64,000 nt of DNA. It comes from Nemertoderma westbladi. Its lineage: Eukaryota; Animalia; Xenacoelomorpha. A program made the position numbers and the translations under genes. Under the pieces are notes generated by a model that was given only the letters and a program-made list of their open reading frames with translations, had not been told where the DNA came from and did no database searches. The stretch is taken from contig JAUCBJ010004420.1 of the NCBI GenBank assembly GCA_032718475.1, positions 97,258 to 161,257 of the forward strand, written 5' to 3'. The stretch's first letter is position 1; the number at the start of each line of letters is the position of its first letter. Positions 11,281 through 22,328 of this stretch are shown here, piece by piece.

Positions 11281-14200
11281 ATGAGTGTCTCAGACAAAGA
11301 GGCACTAGAGGACAGCTATGAGACGGCGGCTGGACCGCCGACTGACGATAGCGTAAATATTACTGTTGACGACAATGCCGACTATGACGACGCAGCGAGC
11401 GACGCTGACGTAAGTGAACAGGAGGACGAGACAGTGACTAGTGAGGAAGAAGAACTACCTCAGGTAATAGTATTAGGATCCCCTACCGCTACTGTAAGGA
11501 AGGATTGTACAGCAACCCGAACAGAGGTGAGTGATAGGGAGGGAAGTGTAGCAGAAGCGAGAGCCCGGAGCCCGGTTTCCAGACCTGTGGGTATGGTAAG
11601 TGCCGTGGTCCTGACGGCTGTTAGGAGTACCCGTAGTTCCCGAAATAATTCTTCAAGTCCACCGAGTGTGAGTCAGGTAAGCGAGAGAGAACTAGATATC
11701 GTGATAAGGAAGAAACTTCGCGCGCACGCCGGACATATAACTCGGACGACGGACAAGGTAAGGAAGATGTTAGCTGACTCAGCGAACATCGGGAGGGTAG
11801 AATTAGTAGAGATTAGAAGAGGATATAACTCAGCGTTATTCAAGCAGACGGAGGAGCTTGCAGTCCTAGCGAAGAAGGCAGTAGAGTCTCAGTCGAGCGA
11901 CGTGGCGACGAGGATTTACGACAGGGTTTTAGCAGCCTTGTTGGAGCACCGCGAGTTATCGGAGCAATTCCGACGAGTTAGGACGGAGAACTGGCTGCTA
12001 TGGGCATCACGAGCGCAGGCGACTCAGGTGAGTGACGCAGAGTTGAGAGACTTAGTGGAGCGGGAAGAGATCCAAGATAAAGAAGAGCGCCGTTATCAGA
12101 GGGAAGTTACTAGCTGGCTGATGCAGAATGGAGTGGTGGTACCAGGCCAGGTGCTACCGACGACGGAGAACATTCAACAGAGGACGTTGACTCCACCCGA
12201 CGACGCATCCAGAGACAGTGGCGATTCCCAGGTTAGTCACGCGCGAGGGAAGGTTATATGTGCTAGATCCCTTGTTTCTCACAACTCGGCGGAGGAGAGA
12301 AGACGCCGACTGGACGAACAACAGGCGGAAGTTTTGCGTGCATCAGAAGCACGGAAGGAAGCCGAGCGGGAACGGGAGCGCACACGTAAGTTAGACACAA
12401 AGTTGCGAGAGTTGGAAGAGAAAGGTAAGCGCGAGCAAGCGGAACGCGAACGCAAGGAACGCGAACTCCAGCTCGAACGCGAACGGAAGGAACGCGAACG
12501 CAAGGAACGCGAACTCCAGCTCGAACGCGAACAAAAGGAACGCGAACTCCAGCTCGAACGCGAACAGAAGGAACGCGAACAAAAGGAATACGAACTTCAA
12601 CTCGAACACGAGCGCAAAGAACGCGAACTCGAGATCGAGAAGGAGCGACGGGCGTTGTATGAAGAGAAGGCGCGGGTGGAAGAAGAGAGCGCAGGGAGAC
12701 GAGCGAGGGAAGAAGAAGAACGTAAACTGGCGCAGTTGGAAAGTGCGAGATTAAGTTTAGAGAGCGAAGAACGGACTAGGAAGGCGAATGAAATCGCCGA
12801 GAAGGGGATGCGAATGATCGAAGAATGTGGGGCGAGTGTAGGGACAGAGTTGCGAGAACTGTTCGCACTGCAGAAGGCCGAACAGGAAGCGAGAACTCCG
12901 ACCATACGCGAGTCGACGACGACCAGAATTCCTATACCCGGTCCAGCTATTACGAGTACACGGATCGCTAAACCATTCTCTACATATCGCACGCCAGTTG
13001 GTATTAGTGCTTCACCTATTGCGCAGAATCCACGGCATCAGAACACCGCACCACTATACACCGAACGAGACAACGGAGAGCGTAGAGAAACTCCGACGGG
13101 ACGAGTATTTGGCGAACCGAACCCGCGGGTTTGGAATACGCGGACAGAACGCCGACACAGTTCGACGGAGAACTTCCGGGTTAAACCGGAAGAGGGATCA
13201 TATGAGAGACAGCGAATTACTCAGATAGAGCCGACTATACAACAGAACCCTAGCCAGGAATTTATTACGAGGGATGAGTTAAGTGCTAGTTTAGCGCAAG
13301 CTATATCGCCACACATCCAACCTATAACGGACATGCTTAGCAACCTACGGTTAAAGGAAGCAGCCCAGGTAAGAAGTAATTCTAATCCTAGCAGGCCTGA
13401 GTTAGACAAAGTCCAGCCTAGTCAACGAGTACGCATATCGGAGGAGACTATACCACATAGACCTCAGGTAAGGACGCCTGTCCCGAATATTCATAATCCC
13501 AATTTCGAAAATTCGGCGGAGAAATTTATTGAGGAAGCTTGGGTCAGGGCCTCGGCGCGCAAATCATCGCGAGCGCTAAGAACTGACACAGAATCGAGCG
13601 ATGAAGAGGAAGAAATGAGACGTCACAAGTCCCGAAACTATAAGGAAAGAAGGACCGACGCGGAGCAGGTAAGTTGGAACCACCGGGAAAGGACCAGACT
13701 TAACAACCCTGCGGAACTAAACCATTTGTTAACCCGGAACGACGCAACCCTTAGGGACATAGGTAAGTTTGCTGCTAGGCAAGGACTGCCGACGCAACAA
13801 CCCCAAAAGTTTATGGGCAACCATAAGCACTGGAGGACCTTTAGAACCTATGTCGACGAGCAGCTAACCAACAGCACCTTTACTCCCAACGAGAAGTTCA
13901 ACTATTTGCTTCAGATGCTCCATCGAGAACCTAGAGCCATTGCTGATAACTTCGTCGGCAATGAGAGCGCATTCGAGTTAGCGATGAAGACGCTTAGCGA
14001 CATCTACGGGAATAAAACCAAGATGGCACAGTCGATAGTAGAAGACTTGGGTAAGGGCGGAAGGATTACAACTCCGTTAGAGCTGTTGAACTTAGCGAAC
14101 GCTATTTCGAACGCATTGGACATCTTAAGGATGGTGAATCTACCTCATCATGGTGATCACGCCGAAGTTTTAAAGAGCGTAATAAGACGTCTAAACATGC

Positions 14201-17200
14201 GTTACAGACAGAAATGGCGCAAATTAGAGAATAAGTTGGAGGGCCAAGGTAAGGTGTTGACACTTCAGCATATTCATGACATGATAGCCACAGACGCAGT
14301 AGCAGAAATGAAATCAAACTTCTCAGAGGAGAATATGAGAGAGTCTAAACCTGTTACCGGTAAGTCTATGGTAAGTTTTGACGATGACAGGACCACTGTG
14401 ACATTTAACTCAGTAGACAGATATAATTCGAGTACCCCAACCTTTAGATCAGACTCGCGAGTATGGTCAGGTGAGCAGTTAGATAGACCTAGGTTAAAGC
14501 AACAGGAGTTGCCGGATGGATTTGTAGGTTGCCAATACTGTTTACTAAAGGAGGTAAGATCTGACGACCATAAGTTGGATAGTTGCAGACGGTTCAAAGA
14601 ATTAAATTCGGAACAGAGAAGAGTTCAAGTGCGGACGTTGGACACCTATTGGGCTTGTCTTGCGCCAGGTCATGTACGGCGGCAGTGCCCGAACAGCAAG
14701 GACGGATGCATGGAATGCGGCAGACTACATCACAAGTTGCTACATGCGGATTTCCACACCCCAACGGACCGTTACTTACAGCGAAATCTTCAAAGGAAGG
14801 GGAGCAAAGAACCCATATCGATAAGGAGGAATACGTATACCGGCATTCAGGACGATGGTTACCAACCAGGTTCTTCGGACGAGGATGGCGAGTCGAGCGC
14901 GAGAGAAGTGACCTGCCAAGGTTTCACCGCGGATAGTTCATCGACCAGCGCGCGGACGTATTTATCATCGGCTACGTCGGAAATATTTAGCGTGATTCCG
15001 GTGAAACTTACTGGCGATAAGGGATCGAAGCGAATATATGTGATGCTGGACACTGCGTCCACATTATCGTATATCGACGAGGAAGTGGCGAGAGCCGTTT
15101 CTAGCTTCCAGGACGCCGAGGAGATCCAAATAAAGTTGAAGTCTATGCATGGAGTAGGAGACCTCAAGGGACACAGAATTTCGGTAGAACTAGATTCCCT
15201 ACTTCCGAGAGACCAACACACTCGACAAGAACGGAATGCTTTGCCATTGGACGGATTTAAGTGTTTAGCTATGAAGGGATTCGGCAGGCAGTTAGGTAAG
15301 GTGCCGCCGATGAGTCCCATAGCACAGGAGTATTTTGACAAGCTCAGGATACCCAGACACCAGGTAGGTTATAGGAATGTTTCTATGTTGATTGGTGCAG
15401 AACAGCTGATCGCACACCAAATATGGGAAACGAGACCAGCTGAGCCGCATGTCAATGGACCTCATGCCCATAGGACTATATTAGGTTGGTATACACGAGT
15501 ACCCATGTCTTATGAGTTTACAGGTGGCGACAAGCCAATAGACAGATACGACGAATTACAGCCTATAACTCAACCACCGTTAGTAGAACCACCAGACATA
15601 GACGAGTTTAGGAGAACCTGTATTGACCACTATAGTGACTTTAGCGAGTCGGACGAGGAGTTGATTCCCGATAATGTTAGGTTGTCGGAACCACTTCACA
15701 ACGACCGGACAGATAGTGAACCCGAGGACTACTGTTATCAGACCCGTGGGTCTGGTTCAGCGGCCCACGCTACTTATCTGACTAACGTTTTGACTTATAC
15801 AGACATAGTGGAGGGTCAAGTGGCTAAATATCGAGACCTAGACATTTTCCAATACAGTGAGGAAGAATTGCAGAAGGAATTGATACGCCAGGACCTCGAG
15901 ACAGGAGCCAGAACCGTCGAATGGCTGGATAGGGACGCAATGGAACCCGGTGGATATGACCTAGCCATGTCTACTGATGAGAAACGGTCACTGGAGATGA
16001 TGGAAGATACCATACGTCTACTACCGACTGGACATTTTGAAGTTGGAATGTTGTGGCGTCGACAACCACCTAAGTTGGAGAACAACTACAACTTAGCCTT
16101 GAAAAGATTAAACGGAGTAAGGGCTCGGTTGTTGAAGAATCCGGACATTAGGGAGAAGTACTGCGCCCAGATCAACAACTATTTCGCCAAGGGATTTGCT
16201 GGGAAGGTAGAGGACCCTGACTTGGTGACAGACCAGACTTATTACCTTCCACACCACTATGTGACTCACCCTGACAAGCCAGACAAAGTCCGAGTAGTCA
16301 ACGACTGCGCAGCAGTCTATAGAGGTATGTCCCTGAATTCAGAGTTGATGGATGGTCCCAACCTGAACAATTATTTGATAGGAATACTGTTGCGTTTTAG
16401 ACAGCGGCGATTCGCATTTACTTGTGACATCGAGGCGATGTTCCACCAGGTAAGAGCCTGTAAGGCAGACCAGGATAGCCTTCGCTTTCTCTGGTTTGAG
16501 AATGAAGACTTATCCGGCCCAGTGGTTACATACCAGATGTACGTAAGGATATTTGGCGCCCGCGATAGTCCAAACGGCACGCTGTTTGTTCTAAAGAAAA
16601 CGGCAACAGCCCAGATTGGTAAGTATCCAGTAGAAGTAATCGAGTCTATATTGAGAAACTTCTATATGGACGACGGATTGGTGTCCAAGGACACGGCGGA
16701 ACAAGCCATAGAAGTGGCTCACGGCCTACAGGAGTGCTTGGCTACAGGGGGTTTTCCTCTGACCAAGTTCACTACGAACTCGGAGGCCCTATTAGAATCG
16801 TTCCCGGTAAAAGATCGCGGGAGCGGAGACATAGAATTGGGGGTAGAACCAATCCCCATGGCGCGAGTACTGGGACTCGCTTGGAATCCGAATACGGATA
16901 AGTTCCAGGTAAGAGTTAGATTTGAGCCCAGTAGCCCAGACAAAGTTTTGACAAAGAGGATTTGCTTATCGACATTAAGTAGACTATTTGACCCGATGAA
17001 CTTTATCAGTCCGGTAATATTACAGGCACGAGCGTGCATGAGGAAAATTTGGTTGTCCGACGTAGAGTGGGACGAACCAATATCTCCTATACATGCAAAG
17101 CAGTGGAGGGAGTGGGAAGCCGAGTTGCATCTATTGAAAAATATAGATGTACCCCGTTCCTACTTTCCGAATCAGCTGGTATTTCCAGCTGATCTCGAAC

Positions 17201-19638
17201 TCCACCTATTTAGTGACGCAAGTGACACCGGCTTTGGTATGGTAGCCTACCTTCGCCGAGAGGTAAGTCAGGACAAATTTGAGACGGCCTTTGTGACTTC
17301 TAGATCAAAGACAATGCCGGTCAAATATATGACTGTCCCTCGTGCAGAGTTACAGGCGGCTGTAGTTTCAGTCGAGGTAAGTAAGCAGATAACAGAGGAG
17401 TTAGACACGACATTGACCTTATTCTATTGGACGGACGCATCCTTGGTGTTAGTATACATTGCGGCCGACAATATTGCACTAAAGACATTTGTGGCCAACA
17501 GACGCGCTCAGATCGTTGACTTTTCGACGAAGGAACAATGGAGACATTGTCCGGGAGTGTTGAACCCGGCCGACATAACTTCGAGAGGTGCGATGCCGGC
17601 GGAATTCTATCAGGAAGAGTCGCAGGAGTTTTGGTTGCATGGACCTGATTTTCTAACGAGGACACAGGAACATTGGCCGGAGCGACTAAAGATAGTGACC
17701 AATCCGATGCCTGAAGATGCAGAAGTCAAAGTGGAGAAAGTCTCTAAGTCGAAGTCTAAAGCCAAACTTAAGTCATTGGAGCGGCCTGAAGAGTCATTGG
17801 AGCGGCCTGAAGAGTCATTGGAGCGGCCCGGAGACCTGTCAGACCAACAGACTTACGTGACTACTAGGTCCGGAAGGGTAAGTTATGACGTAAAACCATC
17901 CTTACAGACTAAACCGGAGTCACAATTGGTAAGTGACGGACAGAAAATGACCGACAAAATGGAGCCTTTGGTTTCCAAACCTGCGGGTTTGGATTCGAAA
18001 CTTCCATTAATTAGCGGACAACCGTCGCTGGCATTAGAGTCACGCAGTGTTTATGACAAATTACTAAATTCGTCTGCCGCTTGGCTGACAATTTGTAAAA
18101 GAACTGCGTGGTTACGCCGATACATTTTGTACCTTTGTTTAAAACATTCGGAACGTTTGAGAGAACCATTGAGCGCTAATATTGAGCGAATTCAGAAATT
18201 GAAACAACCTCTGACAGAGGATGAGATTGATCAAGCGGAATTAAAGCATTTGAAGCATTATCAACTGTGTGCCTTCCCGAAAGAATTCCATCTATTATCG
18301 GCTCAACGACCAGTTCTCTATAAACCCCTTAGAAAATGGAGTCCATTAATCCATAAGGGTTTAATTTGTCATAGATCGAGAATCCAGACTGTCGACATAA
18401 ACTCACAGTTTTGGTTCCCAGTGATAATCCCTAGTCACCCAATAGAATTGCAAAGAGCGATTCTATGGGATATACACAAGAGGTTACATCACGCGGGAAA
18501 GTTACACTGTTTGTCGGCAGCGAGACAGCGATTCATTCTATTGCAGCCAAGCAGGGCAGTCGGCACTATGTACGACGCCTGTCTGGTTTGCAAGAGGGTG
18601 AACGCCAGAGTATTGGAACAGGAGATGGCTGAACTCCCGGATGCGAGAGTGCAGGCATATGACCCACCCTTTACGAACACAGGGGTGGATTGTTTTGGTC
18701 CGATTGAAGCAAAGAGTGGACAGCTGACCCACAAGCGATGGGGTCTGCTGCTGACATGTATGGCTAGTAGAGCCATACACATTGAGCGTGTGGCAGACAT
18801 GTTGACCAAATCTCTGCTCCTGGCCTTGAAGAGATTTATGGCCAGGAGAGGACTAGTAAAGGCGTTCTACTCTGACAAGGGTACAAACTTTGTCGGAGGG
18901 AATAGCGAGTTGAACGCGGCTCATAAAGCGGCACAGAATAAGGAAATTTCTGCAGCACTTTTGCCGCAACGAGTAGAATGGAGATTCAATACTCCAGAAA
19001 GTCCTTGGAGAGGAGGAAGTTGGGAGCGTTTAGTTCGCTCTGTAAAGCAGGCCATTGCCAAAACATTGCCTGTGAACAAACAACTTACCGACGACGAACT
19101 GGTCACAGCTTTCATTGAAATCGAGCATACATTAAACTCGAGGCCGATAGCTATGTTGCCAGACGGTGTTGCATTAACGCCGAATCATTTGCTAATGCAG
19201 AGTCCAGCATTTCTTGTGCCGGCATCAGAACCCGTTAGTGCCGACCTATATAGTCGTAAAAGCTGGAAAATGACACAGTTAGTGGCGTACACATTCTGGG
19301 AATATTGGCGGGAATACTATCTTCCCACCATATCTACCAGAACAAAGTGGTACAAAACGGTTCGGAGTCTCCAAAAGGGAGATTACGTATTGATAACCGA
19401 ACCGATTGTCAAGAGAAAGTATTGGGAGACTGGAGTTATCTTGCACACACACCCAGACGTGCAAAACATAGTGCGCACAGTCACTGTGAAAATTAGGTGC
19501 AAGTGTCCGCACCCAAAAAAGTGTAAAACTAATGGTTTACACACCTTGGACCGACCGGTCCAAGATATTGTGTTATTAGAGGAGACACGTATCGAGACGG
19601 GAGATTATAACTTGTCTCCTGCCTCAAAACAGTATTAG
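11281..19638 (+). CDS. BEL/Pao gag-pol polyprotein (2785 aa from the ATG at 11281)
   Basis: Coiled-coil N-terminus; gag (FMGNHKHWRTF); triple Cys/His knuckles; protease MLDTAST; RT YYLPHH...KVRVV, CDIEAMFHQV, FYMDD; RNase H HLFSDAS...PRAELQAA...WTDA; integrase HHCC, GVDCFGP, SDKGTNF, WERLVRSVK. Confidence 0.97.
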   Translation: MSVSDKEALEDSYETAAGPPTDDSVNITVDDNADYDDAASDADVSEQEDETVTSEEEELPQVIVLGSPTATVRKDCTATRTEVSDREGSVAEARARSPVSRPVGMVSAVVLTAVRSTRSSRNNSSSPPSVSQVSERELDIVIRKKLRAHAGHITRTTDKVRKMLADSANIGRVELVEIRRGYNSALFKQTEELAVLAKKAVESQSSDVATRIYDRVLAALLEHRELSEQFRRVRTENWLLWASRAQATQVSDAELRDLVEREEIQDKEERRYQREVTSWLMQNGVVVPGQVLPTTENIQQRTLTPPDDASRDSGDSQVSHARGKVICARSLVSHNSAEERRRRLDEQQAEVLRASEARKEAERERERTRKLDTKLRELEEKGKREQAERERKERELQLERERKERERKERELQLEREQKERELQLEREQKEREQKEYELQLEHERKERELEIEKERRALYEEKARVEEESAGRRAREEEERKLAQLESARLSLESEERTRKANEIAEKGMRMIEECGASVGTELRELFALQKAEQEARTPTIRESTTTRIPIPGPAITSTRIAKPFSTYRTPVGISASPIAQNPRHQNTAPLYTERDNGERRETPTGRVFGEPNPRVWNTRTERRHSSTENFRVKPEEGSYERQRITQIEPTIQQNPSQEFITRDELSASLAQAISPHIQPITDMLSNLRLKEAAQVRSNSNPSRPELDKVQPSQRVRISEETIPHRPQVRTPVPNIHNPNFENSAEKFIEEAWVRASARKSSRALRTDTESSDEEEEMRRHKSRNYKERRTDAEQVSWNHRERTRLNNPAELNHLLTRNDATLRDIGKFAARQGLPTQQPQKFMGNHKHWRTFRTYVDEQLTNSTFTPNEKFNYLLQMLHREPRAIADNFVGNESAFELAMKTLSDIYGNKTKMAQSIVEDLGKGGRITTPLELLNLANAISNALDILRMVNLPHHGDHAEVLKSVIRRLNMRYRQKWRKLENKLEGQGKVLTLQHIHDMIATDAVAEMKSNFSEENMRESKPVTGKSMVSFDDDRTTVTFNSVDRYNSSTPTFRSDSRVWSGEQLDRPRLKQQELPDGFVGCQYCLLKEVRSDDHKLDSCRRFKELNSEQRRVQVRTLDTYWACLAPGHVRRQCPNSKDGCMECGRLHHKLLHADFHTPTDRYLQRNLQRKGSKEPISIRRNTYTGIQDDGYQPGSSDEDGESSAREVTCQGFTADSSSTSARTYLSSATSEIFSVIPVKLTGDKGSKRIYVMLDTASTLSYIDEEVARAVSSFQDAEEIQIKLKSMHGVGDLKGHRISVELDSLLPRDQHTRQERNALPLDGFKCLAMKGFGRQLGKVPPMSPIAQEYFDKLRIPRHQVGYRNVSMLIGAEQLIAHQIWETRPAEPHVNGPHAHRTILGWYTRVPMSYEFTGGDKPIDRYDELQPITQPPLVEPPDIDEFRRTCIDHYSDFSESDEELIPDNVRLSEPLHNDRTDSEPEDYCYQTRGSGSAAHATYLTNVLTYTDIVEGQVAKYRDLDIFQYSEEELQKELIRQDLETGARTVEWLDRDAMEPGGYDLAMSTDEKRSLEMMEDTIRLLPTGHFEVGMLWRRQPPKLENNYNLALKRLNGVRARLLKNPDIREKYCAQINNYFAKGFAGKVEDPDLVTDQTYYLPHHYVTHPDKPDKVRVVNDCAAVYRGMSLNSELMDGPNLNNYLIGILLRFRQRRFAFTCDIEAMFHQVRACKADQDSLRFLWFENEDLSGPVVTYQMYVRIFGARDSPNGTLFVLKKTATAQIGKYPVEVIESILRNFYMDDGLVSKDTAEQAIEVAHGLQECLATGGFPLTKFTTNSEALLESFPVKDRGSGDIELGVEPIPMARVLGLAWNPNTDKFQVRVRFEPSSPDKVLTKRICLSTLSRLFDPMNFISPVILQARACMRKIWLSDVEWDEPISPIHAKQWREWEAELHLLKNIDVPRSYFPNQLVFPADLELHLFSDASDTGFGMVAYLRREVSQDKFETAFVTSRSKTMPVKYMTVPRAELQAAVVSVEVSKQITEELDTTLTLFYWTDASLVLVYIAADNIALKTFVANRRAQIVDFSTKEQWRHCPGVLNPADITSRGAMPAEFYQEESQEFWLHGPDFLTRTQEHWPERLKIVTNPMPEDAEVKVEKVSKSKSKAKLKSLERPEESLERPEESLERPGDLSDQQTYVTTRSGRVSYDVKPSLQTKPESQLVSDGQKMTDKMEPLVSKPAGLDSKLPLISGQPSLALESRSVYDKLLNSSAAWLTICKRTAWLRRYILYLCLKHSERLREPLSANIERIQKLKQPLTEDEIDQAELKHLKHYQLCAFPKEFHLLSAQRPVLYKPLRKWSPLIHKGLICHRSRIQTVDINSQFWFPVIIPSHPIELQRAILWDIHKRLHHAGKLHCLSAARQRFILLQPSRAVGTMYDACLVCKRVNARVLEQEMAELPDARVQAYDPPFTNTGVDCFGPIEAKSGQLTHKRWGLLLTCMASRAIHIERVADMLTKSLLLALKRFMARRGLVKAFYSDKGTNFVGGNSELNAAHKAAQNKEISAALLPQRVEWRFNTPESPWRGGSWERLVRSVKQAIAKTLPVNKQLTDDELVTAFIEIEHTLNSRPIAMLPDGVALTPNHLLMQSPAFLVPASEPVSADLYSRKSWKMTQLVAYTFWEYWREYYLPTISTRTKWYKTVRSLQKGDYVLITEPIVKRKYWETGVILHTHPDVQNIVRTVTVKIRCKCPHPKKCKTNGLHTLDRPVQDIVLLEETRIETGDYNLSPASKQY

Positions 19639-20856
19639 TGTTGGACGCAACTCACTTCGTATGCATTCCTCGTATGCAAATACTAGGAAATGCATAGGAG
19701 CGGGGTTGTGGTGATTTGCATTGAGTTTTGTCTAGTGGGTATCAAAAACAAAATTTTATTTTCAAAAAATTTTGGAAAATTAAAAAATTTTAAAAATTAG
19801 AAGTGAACCTAAGACAATTCCAGACGCTGTGTATAGACGCGTTTTAGAATTCGTCTATAGATAAACAGTAATTTGAAAAGTCGTGAAGCCTGGAAAATAG
19901 CATTTAGAAACCATGGTGACGGCTATATTACGTAGGAGTGTAAATTGAGTTTAGCAACTTCCACAGATTGGTGCCAACAGTGCAACTAAGGTGCTAAAGG
20001 TTAGTAGCACCAGAGGCGTACATGGACCCCACTCAGTAGTTTGCAGGATGTGTGATGTTCGATTATCAAACCTGTGGGTTTGGTATAGTCGAGTATTGTG
20101 GCTATGGTCCTTTCTAACTACTGTAGTTTAGTACGAGTAATGGGAGTAGTTTGGGCATCAAAAAGTGAGTTGGTCACGGCCAGTTTATCTCCAAAGTTTT
20201 TGCGCTATGCATGGGAATAGGTTAGAGGATAGTTAGTTAGGAAGAGACGGGATCTAGAGAGTCGAACCTGAACTGCTGGAAGGCAGCGGGGGGGGGGGGG
20301 GGGGGGGGGGGGTTCGGGAGGTCTGTCCTTCGGCGACATCTAACTGATTACCCACAGTGTAATTGGTTTGCGTAACGGAACACTTATTGGGATATATGTA
20401 TATACGCGGGGCATAATGGAGAAGGATATTAGAGCGCAACCGCGCAGAGGATTTACTGCCAGAGAGGAGGCGGAGTTACCATTCGCGCGACCGGGATGTA
20501 AAGATTCGAACGTTTACTACCATGGGTGGTCCGTGATGGAGCTAAATGGAAAATACAAACCGACTTATGATAAGGAATTACGGAGGGAAAGAATGAGAGC
20601 GTTGGGGGACCGGATGGAAGTTTTGCGGAGAGAGTATCGCACGCGGTATCCTTACGACTTCGCTTTGGACGTATGTGACATTAGTGCAGACCCGGACGAG
20701 GAGATCGCACGACTGTACCATATGAATATGTATTTACGACACGAAGAACCTCTACCTGCAGTCCGAGATCAGTTCGACGGAATGCATCTGTACCGGAGGA
20801 CTCGAGGTGAGGATCAGGAGACGCCGAAAGTCTTCAGCGTGTACAAGCTCTTCTAC

Positions 20857-22328
20857 TACTAGGATCGGCATGCTGCATTGCAGCTGCATTTTTAAGAATG
20901 CTGTGCCGGCTTGTCAACAAAATTGCGCCGCCACAACTCCCTATCACCCATGACATTTGCTAGATCATCCGCATCTTTAAGGCCAGTGTCCTTTAAGATG
21001 CGTCTCAATAAAGTCATGGGCTGTCCACCATGCTTATTCACTCCATGAGGATGCCAAAGTACAAGATTATGCACTGGCTGGTCCTCACGGCGAAAGCAAT
21101 GTCCTGCAAAGCGGAGGCGATTTTGTTCTAGTGTCAAGCTTGGGGGAACCAATGAGACACCTCCAATGTTATATAGTGTCTGGTTGGAGATGTGTGCATT
21201 GTACTTGACACAATGTACCCGGCGTAGCATTCTTGTGAATGTGCCATCCAGAGATTTGGTGTCCTCAGCAGTTAGAGCCCAGCATGGACTCCCGTAGAGG
21301 AGTACTGGAACTACTGCTGCTCTAAATAATCGGACCGTAAGTTTCCGATTAATTCGAGGTGACTTCCAAATCCTGGAAAGCCTATTCAAGGCTGCCCATG
21401 CCTTTCCCTTACGTATTCGAAGGTCCTCACCTGACTTCCGGATCCATGATCCCAGGTAACAGAAGTCGTCCACATGCTCAAGCATACCATCCTTTGAGCT
21501 TATGCTCATCCGATCAGAGACTTGCTGAGGACTTTCAAAGTTAACTGTCAGAATTTTGGTCTTTCTGGAGTTAATAAAAAGACCAACACTAGAAGCAGCA
21601 TGTTCTAATGAGCTGAGGAGCCGCTGGGCTCCCTCTAATGATTCTGAGAGTACTCCTAAGTCATCAGCAAAGTCTAGATCAGTTAGGTACTTGGCAGGAT
21701 TTCCTCGACTTCTGGAGCCAGTAGGTGGAGTTATCATCACCCCATCATCATTATGATGATCTAAGGACATGCGTAGAACATAGTCAACCACAATAATGAA
21801 CAAGAATGGTGCAAGTGTGTCTCCTTGGAGGACGCCCCATAACACTTCAAATGGTTCTGTGTCACCATCAACAGTAGACACAAATGTTGTCGAACCATCG
21901 TATACTGATCTGATTGCTGCAATAATTTCATCAGGAATCCCATATAATGAAAGTATGCTGAACATACGTGAGCGAGAGACTGAATCAAAGGCCTTGAAGA
22001 AGTCAACAAAGATAACAGCCAGATGCCTGTCTTTCTTTTTTGATAACTCTTCAATTATCCTTCTAAGTGCCAAAATGGGCTCCATGGTCCCACGACCTTT
22101 ACGGAACCCATTCTGATTTCCACGTAGCAGTCTCTCAATGGGATCCCTGATGCGATTTAATAGAATTCTATTGTATAGTTTTGCAGCAATCGAGATCAAT
22201 GAGATTCCCCGAAAAGAACCATAGAGTGTTAGGTTGCCCTTCTTGGGAACTGGCACCAACTTATTTGTTTTCATTTCTTGTGGGACTCTTGTTGTACGGT
22301 ACATGTCTACTATGATGGGATAGAAGAA
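20857..22328 (-). mobile_element. 5'-truncated RTE-like LINE inserted in BEL ORF2
   Basis: TSD TCTTCTAC (20849-20856, 22329-22336); (TAG)n 3' tail; absent from copy 2. Confidence 0.92.
20892..22304 (-). CDS. LINE reverse transcriptase (N-terminally truncated)
   Basis: RGISLISIAAKLYNRI, QNGFR, FVDFFKAFDSV, GVLQGDTLAPFLF, DFADD, FCYLGS motifs. Confidence 0.93.
   Translation of the reverse strand: MYRTTRVPQEMKTNKLVPVPKKGNLTLYGSFRGISLISIAAKLYNRILLNRIRDPIERLLRGNQNGFRKGRGTMEPILALRRIIEELSKKKDRHLAVIFVDFFKAFDSVSRSRMFSILSLYGIPDEIIAAIRSVYDGSTTFVSTVDGDTEPFEVLWGVLQGDTLAPFLFIIVVDYVLRMSLDHHNDDGVMITPPTGSRSRGNPAKYLTDLDFADDLGVLSESLEGAQRLLSSLEHAASSVGLFINSRKTKILTVNFESPQQVSDRMSISSKDGMLEHVDDFCYLGSWIRKSGEDLRIRKGKAWAALNRLSRIWKSPRINRKLTVRLFRAAVVPVLLYGSPCWALTAEDTKSLDGTFTRMLRRVHCVKYNAHISNQTLYNIGGVSLVPPSLTLEQNRLRFAGHCFRREDQPVHNLVLWHPHGVNKHGGQPMTLLRRILKDTGLKDADDLANVMGDRELWRRNFVDKPAQHS

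Noticed and set aside
12279-19512. Many antisense or alternative-frame ORFs within the polyprotein (and equivalents in copy 2)
   Set aside because: Shadow ORFs of a long coding sequence.
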